From the human T2T-CHM13v2.0 reference genome, Homo sapiens, in assembly GCF_009914755.1 (NCBI RefSeq), contig NC_060927.1: 64,000 nt of DNA, one strand, 5' to 3'. The stretch's first letter is position 1. Each line of letters opens with the position of its first letter. Shown piece by piece: positions 43,480 to 58,296 of the stretch. Below the pieces are notes generated by a model that did not search any database, was not told the origin of the DNA, and saw only the letters and a program-made list of their open reading frames with translations. The position numbers and the translations under genes are program-made.

Positions 43480-44247
43480 AGTTTATTTTTATACTTTGTA
43501 GAGACAGTTCTTTTTTTATTATTATTATACTTTAAGTTTTAGGGTACATGTGCACAACGTGTAGGTTAATTACATATGTATACATGTGCCATGTTGGTGT
43601 GCTGCACCCATCAACTCGTCATTTACATTAGGTATATCTCCTAATGCTGTCCCTCCCACCTCCCCCACCCCACAACAGGCCCCCCAGTGTGTGATGTTCC
43701 CCCTCCTGTGTCCATGTGTTCTCATTGTTCAATTCCCACCTATGAGTGAGAACATGCGGTATTTGGTTTTTTGTCCTTGCGATAGTTTGTTGAGAATGAT
43801 GGTTTCCAGCTTCATCCATGTCCCTACAAAGGACATGAACACATCCTTTTTTATGGCTGCATAGTATTCCATGGTGTATATGTGCCACATTTTCTTAATC
43901 CAGTCTATCATTGTTGGACATTTGGCTTGGTTCCAAGTCTTTGCTATTGTGAATAGTGCCTCAATAAACATACGTGTGCATGTGTCTTTATAGCAGCATG
44001 ATTTATAATCCTTTGGGTATATACCCAATAATGGGATTGCTGGGCCAAATGGTATTTCTAGTTCTAGATCCCTGAGGAATTGCCACACTGACTTCCACAA
44101 TGGTTGAACTAGTTTATAGTCCCACCAACGTTGGTGAGACAGTTCTTAATATGTTGCCCAGGCTGGTCTTGGACTCCTGGCCTCAATCAATCCTCACACC
44201 TTGGCCTCCCAAAGTCTTAGGGTTACAGCTGTGAGCCACCACACTTG
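43480..44247 (-). mobile_element. FLAM/AluJ-left monomer interrupted by an L1PA
   Basis: TTTGTAGAGACAG before the L1; ATGTTGCCCAGGCTGGTCTTGGACTCCTGGCCTCAA...GTGAGCCACCAC after it. Confidence 0.8.
43513..44135 (-). mobile_element. L1PA4-like 5'-truncated LINE-1 (about 620 bp)
   Basis: Near-consensus 3' end; ORF 43729-44100 is the ORF2 C-terminus. TSD GAGACAGTTCTT at 43501-43512 and 44136-44147. Confidence 0.96.
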
Positions 44248-44429
44248 TTTTAGGAACTGTACAAGGTGTTTGCTAGACTCTTCATCCAGTCTTCGACTCC
44301 TACTGTAATGAATCCACTCTGGAGTTTTCAATTTCCTGATGGTAACAGGCTTCCAAAGGCTCTTAGCTACCCTGAGAACATATGGGAAATGCCAACAAGA
44401 AATGGAGAGGTCTCCACTGGGATCAGAAA

Positions 44430-44582
44430 TACTCCTGGAGTTATGGAGGCCAAGATGTCCAAGGTCATAGGGCCACATCTGGTGGGATCTTTCCTGCCGG
44501 TGGGGACAGTGATGAATCCCAGGGCTGCGCAGGGTATCATATGGTAAGAGGGCTGAGCATGCTAGCTCAGGTTTCTCTTCTT
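44430..44582 (-). mobile_element. MSTC-like MaLR LTR fragment, cut off by the L1PB
   Basis: GTCCAAGGTCATAGGGCCACATCTGGTG...GGTGGGGAC...CAGGGTATCATATGG...GGGCTGAGCATGCTAGCTCAGGTTTCTCTTC. Confidence 0.65.
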
Positions 44583-44918
44583 TGTATGGTTTTTATTGTA
44601 TTGATTTTCATTCCAGTAATTTTTGGGGAACAGGTGGTGTTTGTTTACATGGATAGGTTCTTTAGTGGCAATTTTTGACATGTTGTTGCACCCATCACCC
44701 AAGCAGTATAACCGTGCCCAATGTGTAGTCTTTTATCCCTCACCCCCTCCCGCCTTTCCCTCTGAATCCCCAAAGTCCATTGTATCATTCTTACGCCTTT
44801 GCATCCTCATAGCTTAACTCCCACTTATAAGTGAGAACATACAATGTTTGGTTTTCCATTCCTGAATTAATTCACTTAGAATAATGGTTGCCAACTCCAT
44901 CCAGATTGCCGTGAATGA

Positions 44919-45018
44919 CATTATTTCATTCTTTCCTGTGACTGAGTAGTATTCTATGGTGTGTGTGTTTGTGTGTGTGTGTGTGTGTGGATGTGCGTTT
45001 CTCGCTCTCTCTCTCTCT

Positions 45019-45072
<54 letters not shown>

Positions 45073-45605
45073 TCATTCTTTCATTCCTTTTTATGGCTGA
45101 GTAGTATTCCATTGTGTGTGTGTGTGTATATATGTATATGTGTGTATATGTATATGTGTGTGTATATATATATGTATATACATTCTTTCATTCCTTTTTA
45201 TGGCTGAGTAGTATTCCATGTTGTGTGTGTGTGTATGTGTATGTATATGTGGGTGTATATATATGTATATACATTCTTTCATTCCATTTTATGGCTGAGT
45301 AGTATTCCATGTTTGTGTGTGTGTGTGTGTGTGTATGTGTTTCTCTCTCTCTCTCTCTCACTCTCTTTCTATAGATAGATTCATTATTTCATTCTTTTTT
45401 ACAGCTGAGTAGTATTCCATAGTGTGTGTGTGTGTGTGTATATGTTTGTGTATATGTATATGTGTGTGTATATATATGTATATACATTATTTCATTCCTT
45501 TTTATGGCTGAGTAGTATTCTATGGTGTGTGTGTGTGTATATATATATGTGTGTGCATATATATATATAGGAATTTTTATATCATATATATACACATATG
45601 TATAT

Positions 45606-45638
<33 letters not shown>

Positions 45639-45650
45639 CACATATATAAT
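44919..45650. repeat. Compound VNTR: six 39-bp L1-derived units separated by GT/CT/GATA/TA microsatellite spacers
   Basis: Unit CATT(A/C)TTTCATTCCTTTTTATGGCTGAGTAGTATTCCAT starts at 44919, 45074, 45181, 45272, 45382 and 45485. Includes (ATAG)13 at 45019-45070. Confidence 0.95.
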
Positions 45651-48600
45651 CACATTTTCTTTATCCACTCATTGATTGATGGGCATTTGGGCTGCTTCCA
45701 TATTTTTGCAATTGTGAATTGTGCAGCTATAAACGTGTGTGCAAGTGTCTTTTTCATATAATGACTTCATTTTTTCTGGGTAGATACCCAGTGGTGGGGT
45801 TGCAGAATCACATGGTAAATCTACTTTTGGTTCTTTAAGGAATCCTCATATTGTTTTCCATATGGGTTGTACTAGTTTATATTCCCAGCAGCAGTGTAAA
45901 TGTGTTCCCTTTTCACCACATCCACACCAACATCTATCATGCTTTGATTTTTTAATTTGGCCATTCTTGCAGGAGTAAGGTGGTATCGCATAGTGGTTTT
46001 GATATGCATTTCCCTGATAACTAGTGATGTTGAGCATTTCTTCATATGTTTATTGGCTATTTGTATATCTCCTTTTGAGAATTGTCTATTTATGTCCTTA
46101 GCCCATGTTTTGATGGAATTTCTTTTTCCTTGTTGATTTGTTTGAGTTCCTGGAGTAGATTTCACATATTAGTCCTTTGTTGGGTGCATAGTTCATGAAA
46201 ATTTTCTCCCACTCTGTAGGTTGTCTGTTTACTCTGCTGATTATTTCTTTTGCAGCATGAAGCTTTTTAGTTAATTAAGTCCCATCTATTTATCTTTGTT
46301 TTTTGTTGCATTTGCTATTGGGTTCTTGGTCATTAACTCTTTATCTAAGCCAATGACTAAAAGAGTTTTTCCAGTTTTATCCTCTAGAATTTTTATGGTT
46401 TCAGGTCTTATATTTCAGTTTTTGGTCCTCTTGAGTTGATTTTTGTATAAGATGAGAGATGAGAATCCAGGTTTATTCTTTAATATGTTGCTTGATGATG
46501 ATCCCAGCACTATTTGCTAAATAGGGTGTCCTTTACCCACTTTATGTTTGTGTTTGCTTTGTCAAAGATCAGTTGACTAGATTTAGCTTTATTTCTCAGT
46601 TCTCTATTCTGTTACATTGGTCTATGTGCCTATTTTTATATCAGTACCATGCTGTTTTGATGACTATGGCCTTGTAGTATAGTTGTCAGGTAATGTGATG
46701 CCTCCAGATTTGTGTTTTTTGTTTGTTTTTGCTTTGTCTTTCCTTGGCTATGCAGGCTCTTTTTTGGTTCCATATCAACTTCAGGATTTTTTTTTTTATA
46801 ATTCTGTGAAGAACAATGAGAGTATTTGATGGGAATTGCATCAAATTTGTAGAATTGCTTTTTGCAGTATGATTATTTTTACAATATTGATTCTACCCAT
46901 CCATGAGCTTGGAATGTGTTTCTATCTATTTGTGTCATCTTTGATATCTTTCAGCAATGTTTTGTAGTTTTCCTTGTAGAGGTCTTTCACCTCCTTGTAT
47001 AGGTATTTTCCTAAGATACTTAAGTATTTTGTTTTTGAAACTATTGTAAAAGGAATTGAGTTCTTGATTTGATCCTCAGCTTGGTTACTCTTGGTGTATA
47101 GTGGTGCTACTTATTTAGATACATTGATTTTTGTATCCTGAAACTTTACTGAATTTATTTATCAGAGCTTTTTTTTTTTTTTAAGATGAGTCTTTAGGGT
47201 TTTCTAGCTATACAATCATATCATCAGTGAACAACAACAGAATGACTTCCTCTTTATCAGTTTGGAAACCCTTGATTTCTTTCTCTTGTCTTATTGATCT
47301 GGATAGGAGTTCCAGTACTATGTTGAATAGAAGTGGTGAAAGTGGGCATTATATTCTTGTTCCAGTTCTCTGGGGGAATGCTTTCAATTTTTTTTTGTTG
47401 TTCAGTAAACTGTTGGTTGTGGGTTTGTCATAAATGGCTTTTATTACCTTAGGGTGTGACCCTTCTATGCTGATTTTGCTGAGAGTTTTAATCATAAAGG
47501 AATGCTGGATGTTGTAAAATGCTTTTTCTGTGTCCATTGAGCTGATTATACATTTTTTGTTTTTAATATTGTTTATGTGATGTATTACATTTATTGACTT
47601 GCATATGTTAAGCCATCTCTGCATTCCTGGTATGAAACCCACTTTATCATGGTGAATTATCTTTTTAATAAGCTGTTGAATTCACCTAGTATTTTGTTGA
47701 GGTGTTTTGCATCTACGTTCATCAAAGATTTTGGTCTGTAGATTTCTTTTTTGGTTATGGCCTTTCTTGATTTTGAATTAGGGTGACACTAGCTTTATAC
47801 AATGATTTGGGGAGAATTCCCTCTTTCCCTGTCTTTTGGAATAGTTTCAGTAGGATTGGTACCAATTTTTCTTTGAATGTCTGATAGATTCAGCCGTGAA
47901 TACATCTGGTTCTGAACTTCTTTTTTTGGCAATTTTGTTATTGCCATTTCAATCTCTCTGCTTGTTATTGGTGTGTTAAGAGTTTCTATTTCTTCCTGGT
48001 TTAATCTAGGAGGGTGGTAAATTTACAGGAATTTATCTATCTCCTCTAGGTTATCCAGTGTGTGCACATCAAAGTGTTCACAGTAGCTTTGAATGATACA
48101 TTGTAGTTCTGTGGTATTGGTAGTAATATCTCCCATTTCATTTCGAATTGAGCTTATTTGGATTTTTCTCTTCTTTTCTTAGTTAATCTCACTAATGGTC
48201 TATTAATTTGGTTTATCTTTTCCAAGAACCAGCTTTTTGTTTCATTTATTTTTTGTATTGTTTTTGTTTGTTTTAATTTCATTTAGTTCTGCTCTGATCT
48301 TTGATATTTCTTTTCTGCTACTGGATTTGGGTTTGGTTTTATCTTGTTTCTATAGTTACTTGAGGTGTGACCTTAGATTATCTATTTGTGCTCTTTTAGA
48401 CTTTTTGATGTAGACACTTAATGCTATAAACTTTCCTCTTAGCACTGCTTTTGCTGTAAGAGGTTTTGATAGGTTGTGTCACTATTATCATTTAGTTCAA
48501 AGAATTTTTAATTTTCATCTTGATTTCATTATTGACCCAACAATCTTTCAAGAGAAGATTATCTAATTTTCAAGTATTTGCATGGTTTCGAGGGTATTTT

Positions 48601-48953
48601 TTTTTTTTTTGGTGTTGATTTCCAGTTTAATTCCACTGTGGTCTGAGAGAATACTTGATATAATTTCAATTTTCTTAAATGTATTGAGGCTTGTTTTGTG
48701 GCCTATCATATCATCTATGCTGGAGAATGTTCCATTTGTTGATGAACAGAATGTATATTCTGCAGTTGTTGGGTAGAATGTTCTGTAAACATCTGTTAAG
48801 TCCATTTGTTCTAGGGTGTAGTTGCTGACTTTCTGTCTCAATGACCTGTCTAGTGCTGTCAGAGGAGTATTGAAATTCCCCACTATTACTGTGTTGCTGT
48901 CTATCCCATATCTTAGGTCTAGTGGTAATTGTTTTATAAATTTCGGAGCTCCA

Positions 48954-49107
48954 GGATGGGTGTGGTGGCTGACATCTGTAATCCCAACACTTTGAGGGGC
49001 TAAGGCAGAAGGATGACTTGAGCCCAGGAGTTTAAGACCAAACTGGACAACACAGAGAGACCTTGTCTCAATTTAAAAAAAAGAGAAAGAAATCAATGAA
49101 TAAATAA
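48954..49107 (+). mobile_element. FLAM-type free Alu monomer nested in the L1PB
   Basis: Single monomer ending AGACCTTGTCTC plus an A-rich tail. TSD ATAAATTTCGGAGCTCCA / ATGAATTTGGGAGCTCCA at 48936-48953 and 49108-49125. Confidence 0.88.
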
Positions 49108-50364
49108 ATGAATTTGGGAGCTCCAGTTTTAGGTGAATATATTTAGGATTGTGATACTCTCCTGTTGAACCAGTCCTTGTATCATTATATAATGTATATA
49201 ATGTCCCTCTTTGTCTTTTTTAACTGTTGTGGCTTTTTTATCCTGATAAAATTATTGCATAAGTGATGTGTATTATATCACATGTACATATCATATCATT
49301 TACATAGTATGGCAAAACATTATACCACTTAAGCAATATTATTTTAATATCACATTTTATTCTTAAAATTGCCAAATAATTTCTATATAAAGAAATTATC
49401 TTAAGCAGTGATTTAATAAATATAATGTAGTTGAATTCATTGCTGAGAGGAAAAACAAAGTATTCTCCATCCTTCAACAGCATTTGACATGCAGTTTGTT
49501 ATTGTACTTTAATCAGATAAAGCTAACAATAAAAATTTGTCTTATCTTTTCAATTTGTAAGTCTTTGTACTTTAATCTTTTTTAAATTGGATTATCTCAT
49601 AGTGCTGATATAATCTTAGGAAAATGGAGGATATTTAGACACATAAATCTGATTCACATGTGTAATATGATTTTCCAAGACATGTCAAATGAAATTGGTT
49701 TAAAGGTTGTTTTCTGTGTAGTTGCTCAAATGTTGCCAGTATGAGATATGAAGGATTCTTCAATTTACATTTCTAATGTAAAAAAAACTGAGGCTCGATA
49801 GAAAAAATAATCTGTACATTGGAGTTATTTAAAAGTACTGCCATTTTGAGGGCATATGTTTTATTTAGGAAATATTCTCTCTACCTCCTGCATCCTGACT
49901 TTGAGAAAACATGGAATAACCTCTCCTAATATCAATATCAAATTTCACTTATCTATTAAAATTCACAATTTTAAAAATAAAATCTATTTATTTCTTAGCT
50001 ATTGTAAGCTTGTGTTTGATATAGTGTGATTGGCATTGTTGTTTTTCTGTTAAGGAATTATTATTCTAACCAGTGCAAACAACTAATTGACAAACTTTTT
50101 TAGTTATTAAAAATCAGATTTTACAAAATACTAATAAAGTACCTTTTATTTAACTTGATCGGTAAAAAGGTATGCTTCATTTTAATGTACATAATTACCT
50201 ACAAACTCTTATATACTTTTAAATTGGTGTATGAAGTAACTTAATCTAGGACACTTAATCAAGGAAAAGAAGAAGACATAAAAATGACTTTCTCCTGCTT
50301 ATCGTCAGACATTTATTTTATGTAACTTACTGATGTTTAAATAATTGTGAAGCATAATTATTTG

Positions 50365-50953
50365 TAAGATTGGGTTAGGTCGTGCATGCTATGGAAACCA
50401 ATAACTCAAAAATGTTAGTTATTTGAAGCAAGATGATTTACTTATTATTCATGTCATTTGTGTACCATGTATATCCTACAACATAGGCTATCCTTTATAT
50501 CTCCTTAGTCTGTAATCCAGAATAATAGCAAGGTCTCCATGTGGATGTTGCCATGCTAGAAAGAAATAGAATAAAAATTTTAAAAGATGGAATTTGCAAG
50601 TCACTAACTGACTCTAAAAATTCCTTCCTTTTCACTTACATTTTATAAAACTGGGTTCTAAAAGTATTTTCCGTGGACCAGTAACATCAGAATTGCCTAG
50701 GAACTTGTTGGAAATGTAAAAAGTTTCTGTCCCTAGCTCCAGAATTACTAAATCAGTAACTCTGGGGTACGGGCCTAGTAATCTATGTTTTAACTAGCTC
50801 TTTAGTAGATTTTGATGCTCAATAATGTTTAAAAACCACTGTCTATGGCAAACCTTGTCTAAAGCTAACCTCAAAGAAATGGGAATGTACAGTCAATTTA
50901 AGTGTTCTGAGGATAATCAGAAATATTTGATGGCTAGTAATAGTGAATACAAC
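50365..50953 (-). mobile_element. Ancient MLT1 (J/K/L-like) LTR split by MER5A
   Basis: Weak motifs (TAGGTCGTGCATGC..AACCAATAACTC, TTCACTTACATTT, AGAAATATTTGATG...AATACAACA) lie on both sides of the MITE. Confidence 0.5.
50650..50842 (+). mobile_element. MER5A-like hAT-Charlie MITE
   Basis: GGACCAGTAACATCAG...GAACTTGTTGGAAATG...TAAATCAGTAACTCTGGGG...AATCTATGTTTTAAC...AAAACCACTG. Confidence 0.8.
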
Positions 50954-51341
50954 ATGAGATAAAATATGAGAAAAACATGATTGCTGTTGGGCCCTAGTCA
51001 TTCCTTTGATAACTATTATCAAACTTAAATTTGTATCACCTACTTAGTCAAAGGGAAACCTTGGGTTACAAAGATACAATATGAATGTGACACTTAAAGC
51101 TTACAATATAGATAGAGAGACAGATATGTTACCCAAATTGATGAGTAGTGACATGAAACAGTTTATGTTAATTGCCCATGTGGCCTTGTCAATCAACAAG
51201 TATGGGCTGATTGTCTGGAGTTTTATATTGAGACTTCTGAGACAATCATCAGATATATTATAAAAGATTGCTAAAGTCAATCTAATTAGGACTGTTCACA
51301 TGGGTAGGGAGGAATAAAAGAACACACATGACATGTATTTG

Positions 51342-51714
51342 TATCTTAGTTTTTTTGTGTGTTGCTATAGTAGTCTGTTTTGTGTGGCTATCACAGACTG
51401 GGGTATTTTATAAAGAAAAGAATCTTATTTATCACAGTTCTGGAGGTTGGGAAGCCTAATATCAAGGTGCTGGCATCTTGCCAGAGCCTTCATGTTCAGT
51501 TATCCAATAGTTGAAGGTGGAAATACAAAAGACTGAACTCACTTTTATAAAAACCCACTTTTGTAATAACTAACTCACTTCTGACTACATGAACCCATTC
51601 ATGATGGCAAAGGTGTCATGGACTAATTGCCTCTTAATGATCTCACTTCTTAATACCATCACAATGGCCATTCAACTTAACATGAGTTTTGGTGGAAGCA
51701 TTCAAACTGTAGCA
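51342..51714 (-). mobile_element. MSTD-like MaLR solo LTR
   Basis: CACAGTTCTGGAGGTTGGGAAG...ATCAAGGTGCTGGCATCT...ACATGAGTTTTGG...CATTCAAACTGTAGCA. Confidence 0.85.
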
Positions 51715-52814
51715 CTTTGCTATCCCTATTTATTCAAAAAGTGAAACAATTTATGCTAAGATATTAGGTTTAGAAAAGAAAAAAGTATAGAGTAGATAAT
51801 AAAAATGAACAATTGTCCTAACGACACATTATATTGGTCTTATACTGAAAGAGTTTCAGAAATTCTGACAGGTGAGAGAGAAACAATATTACATATAGAG
51901 TCATTAGTTCCTATATGGCTCTATCTTCTTTTAGATCATATCATTAATAGGCCAGTTTACTTCTTAGCACAAAAGAATAAAGTCTTATTTTTGACTGAAT
52001 GCATTTTAATTCTTATCTTTACAGAAGAATATTATCTTTTATCTTTTGTTGATTTATCATTGTATGCACTTAAAGCTTTTTAGTCTTTTTAGTTTTGTGT
52101 TAACCTACCTTTCTAAATAAAAACTCATGAAATATTCTTTTATTGAATTGGCACTGTTTCTTTGTAATTAATATTATAAAGCTATTCTGACTTAATTTTA
52201 TAATTTTCCTTAATAATTTTAAACTTAATTTTATTTAATATTATTTACTGTATCTATTATTACATGCTTGAATTAGTATCATAGATTTATTTAGTCATTT
52301 GTATAATTATACAATGCTTATAGTTGTATGATAGCAAATAATAAAAAGAAATTAAATTTGTTTTTTCCTTAACAATAGTTAAATATGGAACTTCACACCA
52401 GGACACAAAAGGTGGGTAATTCTATTTTTATAGCCTTCTTAATGACTAGAATTTACCATAATATTATGGTATAGCAAAACCAATTTATATTTGGATTATA
52501 ATTTTACATTTTATATTGAATTCTCCATCAAAATTTAAAACAAAACATTTAAGCAAATCTCTAACAAATGTGCACTCATGACAAAGTGTAGAAAATGCAA
52601 AAGTCAAAATAAAAGTAAATATGAAGAGAAGGGACAATCTCTCTGAGGAAAATTTTAAGATAATTTACAAATAATTTGCTAACACTAATATTAACTCATA
52701 CATTATTTGCTTAAATCATCTAAGTAATCTAAATTTCTTGATATGACATTGTTAAAAAACAGTTTTAAATTGTCTTTTTTGAGTGGCAACAAAGTTTTAA
52801 AAATTGTGTTGAAT

Positions 52815-53862
52815 TTATTTTTCAATTGAAAATTAAAAACTGTTTATATTTATTATGTATATGTTGTTTTGAAATATATATATGGTGTGGAATGATTAAA
52901 TTTAGCTAATTAACATATGCATCACCTCACATATTTATCTTTGTTTTTGTGGTGAGGACACTTAATATTTACTCTCTTAGCAATTTTCAAGAATACATTA
53001 TTATTAACTATAGTCACTATGTTTTACATGAGATGTCTCATGTTTATTGCTCATATCCCTTTGTAATTTTGCATTCTTTGCCAAATAACTCACCAACCCA
53101 TCCCACACACTGGCCTCACAACTTTATCCTTTCTTTCTAGGACTTCAAACTTTTAGATTCCACAAGTATGTGAAAAGATGCAGTATTTGTCTTTCTGTGC
53201 ATGGTTTACTTCACTTATCATCATGTCCCTCAGGTTCATCCACGTTGTTGCAAATGACAGGATTTCATTCATTTTTAAGACTGAATAGTACTCCATTATG
53301 CAAATATACCAGATTTTCATTGTCTATTCGTTCACTGATGAACACGGGTTAATCCTATATGTTGGCTATTGTGAATAAAGCTGCAATGAATATGAGAGTA
53401 CAGATATATTCTTGACATATTAATTTTATTTTATTTGGCAATATACCCAATAGTAGCTAGATCATATCAGAGTTCTATTTTTAATTTTTGAGGAAACTTC
53501 ATACTGTTTTTCATAATAGTTATTACTAATTTACACTCAGTATACAAGAGTTCCCTTTTCTCCACATTCTTTCCAAAATTTGTTTCCTTTTCCCTTTTTG
53601 ATAACAGCTACTCTAACTGGGGTGAAATAATATCTCACTGTGGTTTTAATTTTCATTTATCTGATTAATGATTTTGAGCTTTTTAAAATAAATACTTGTT
53701 GGCAATTTGTATGTCATCTTTTGAGAAGTGTCTATTAAAATTTGTTTGCCTATTTTTAATCAGGTTATTTGTTCTTACTATTTTGTTATTGGAGTTTCTT
53801 ACATATTTTAGATATTATGTGCAAATATGTCCTTCTATGCTGTAAGTTGTCTTTCTACTCTT
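52815..53862 (-). mobile_element. L1MA (L1MA7/8-like) 3' segment; the non-inverted part of a twin-primed element
   Basis: AGCTAATTAACATATGCATCACCTCACAT...GTGGTGAGGACACTTAA...CTCTTAGCAATTTTCAAGAATAC. Ends GTTGTCTTTCTACTCT. Confidence 0.88.
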
Positions 53863-54576
53863 GTAAAAACAAGACCCAAATATATACTGCATACAAAAGA
53901 GTCACTTCATCTGTAGGGACACAAGTAGCCTGAAAGTGAAGAAATGAAAAACAAAATATTCCATCCCAATGAAAACCAAAGAGAAGGAGTAGCTCTACTT
54001 ATATCATGAAATTGACTTTATGTCAAAAACTGTGAAACAAGAAAAATAAGGTTATTATGCAATGATAAAGGAGTTAATTCATCAAAAATGTGTAACAATT
54101 GCCAATCTATATGCATGCAATATCAGAGCAGTAATTATATAATGCAAATAATAGTAGAACTGAAGTTAGGGATGCACTGTAATATTATAATAACAGGGTA
54201 AGTCAATACCCTACTATCTGCAATGGAAAGATCATCAAGGCAGAAAATCACTAAGAACATATGAGACTTATACTGCACTTTGGAACAAATGGAGCGAACA
54301 GACATACACTGAACATTTTACCCACCATTAGTGGAAAACACATTCTTCTCCAGTACACATGGAACATCCTCTATGATAGATCATGTGTTGAGCCACAAAA
54401 GGAGTCTTAATGAGTTTTGGAAGATTAAAATAATATCATGTATTTTTTCTGACCACATAGTATGAAACTAGAAACCAGTAATAGGAGAAATTTTAGAAAA
54501 TTTATGAATACACGAAAATTAAATAACACCCTCCTGAGCAACCAATGGATCAATGAAGACATTAAAAGTGAAATTC

Positions 54577-57993
<3,417 letters not shown>

Positions 57994-58006
57994 AAAAGTG
58001 AAATTC

Positions 58007-58296
<290 letters not shown>

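Larger units (their letters stand above)
44583..49235 (-). mobile_element. L1PB1-like LINE-1, about 4.6 kb (3' UTR through the ORF2 endonuclease region), decayed
   Basis: L1PB 3' end TTTTGGGGAACAGGTGGTGTTTG...CCCCAAAGTCCATTGTATCATTCTTA. Minus-strand ORFs 47349-47642 (GFIPGMQ, RT) and 48563-48883 (GNFNTPL...SDHS, EN). Confidence 0.95.

Noticed and set aside
44919-45523. CRISPR array
   Set aside because: The repeat is L1 sequence, the spacers are related microsatellites rather than unique captured DNA, there are no cas genes, and the context is a primate genome.
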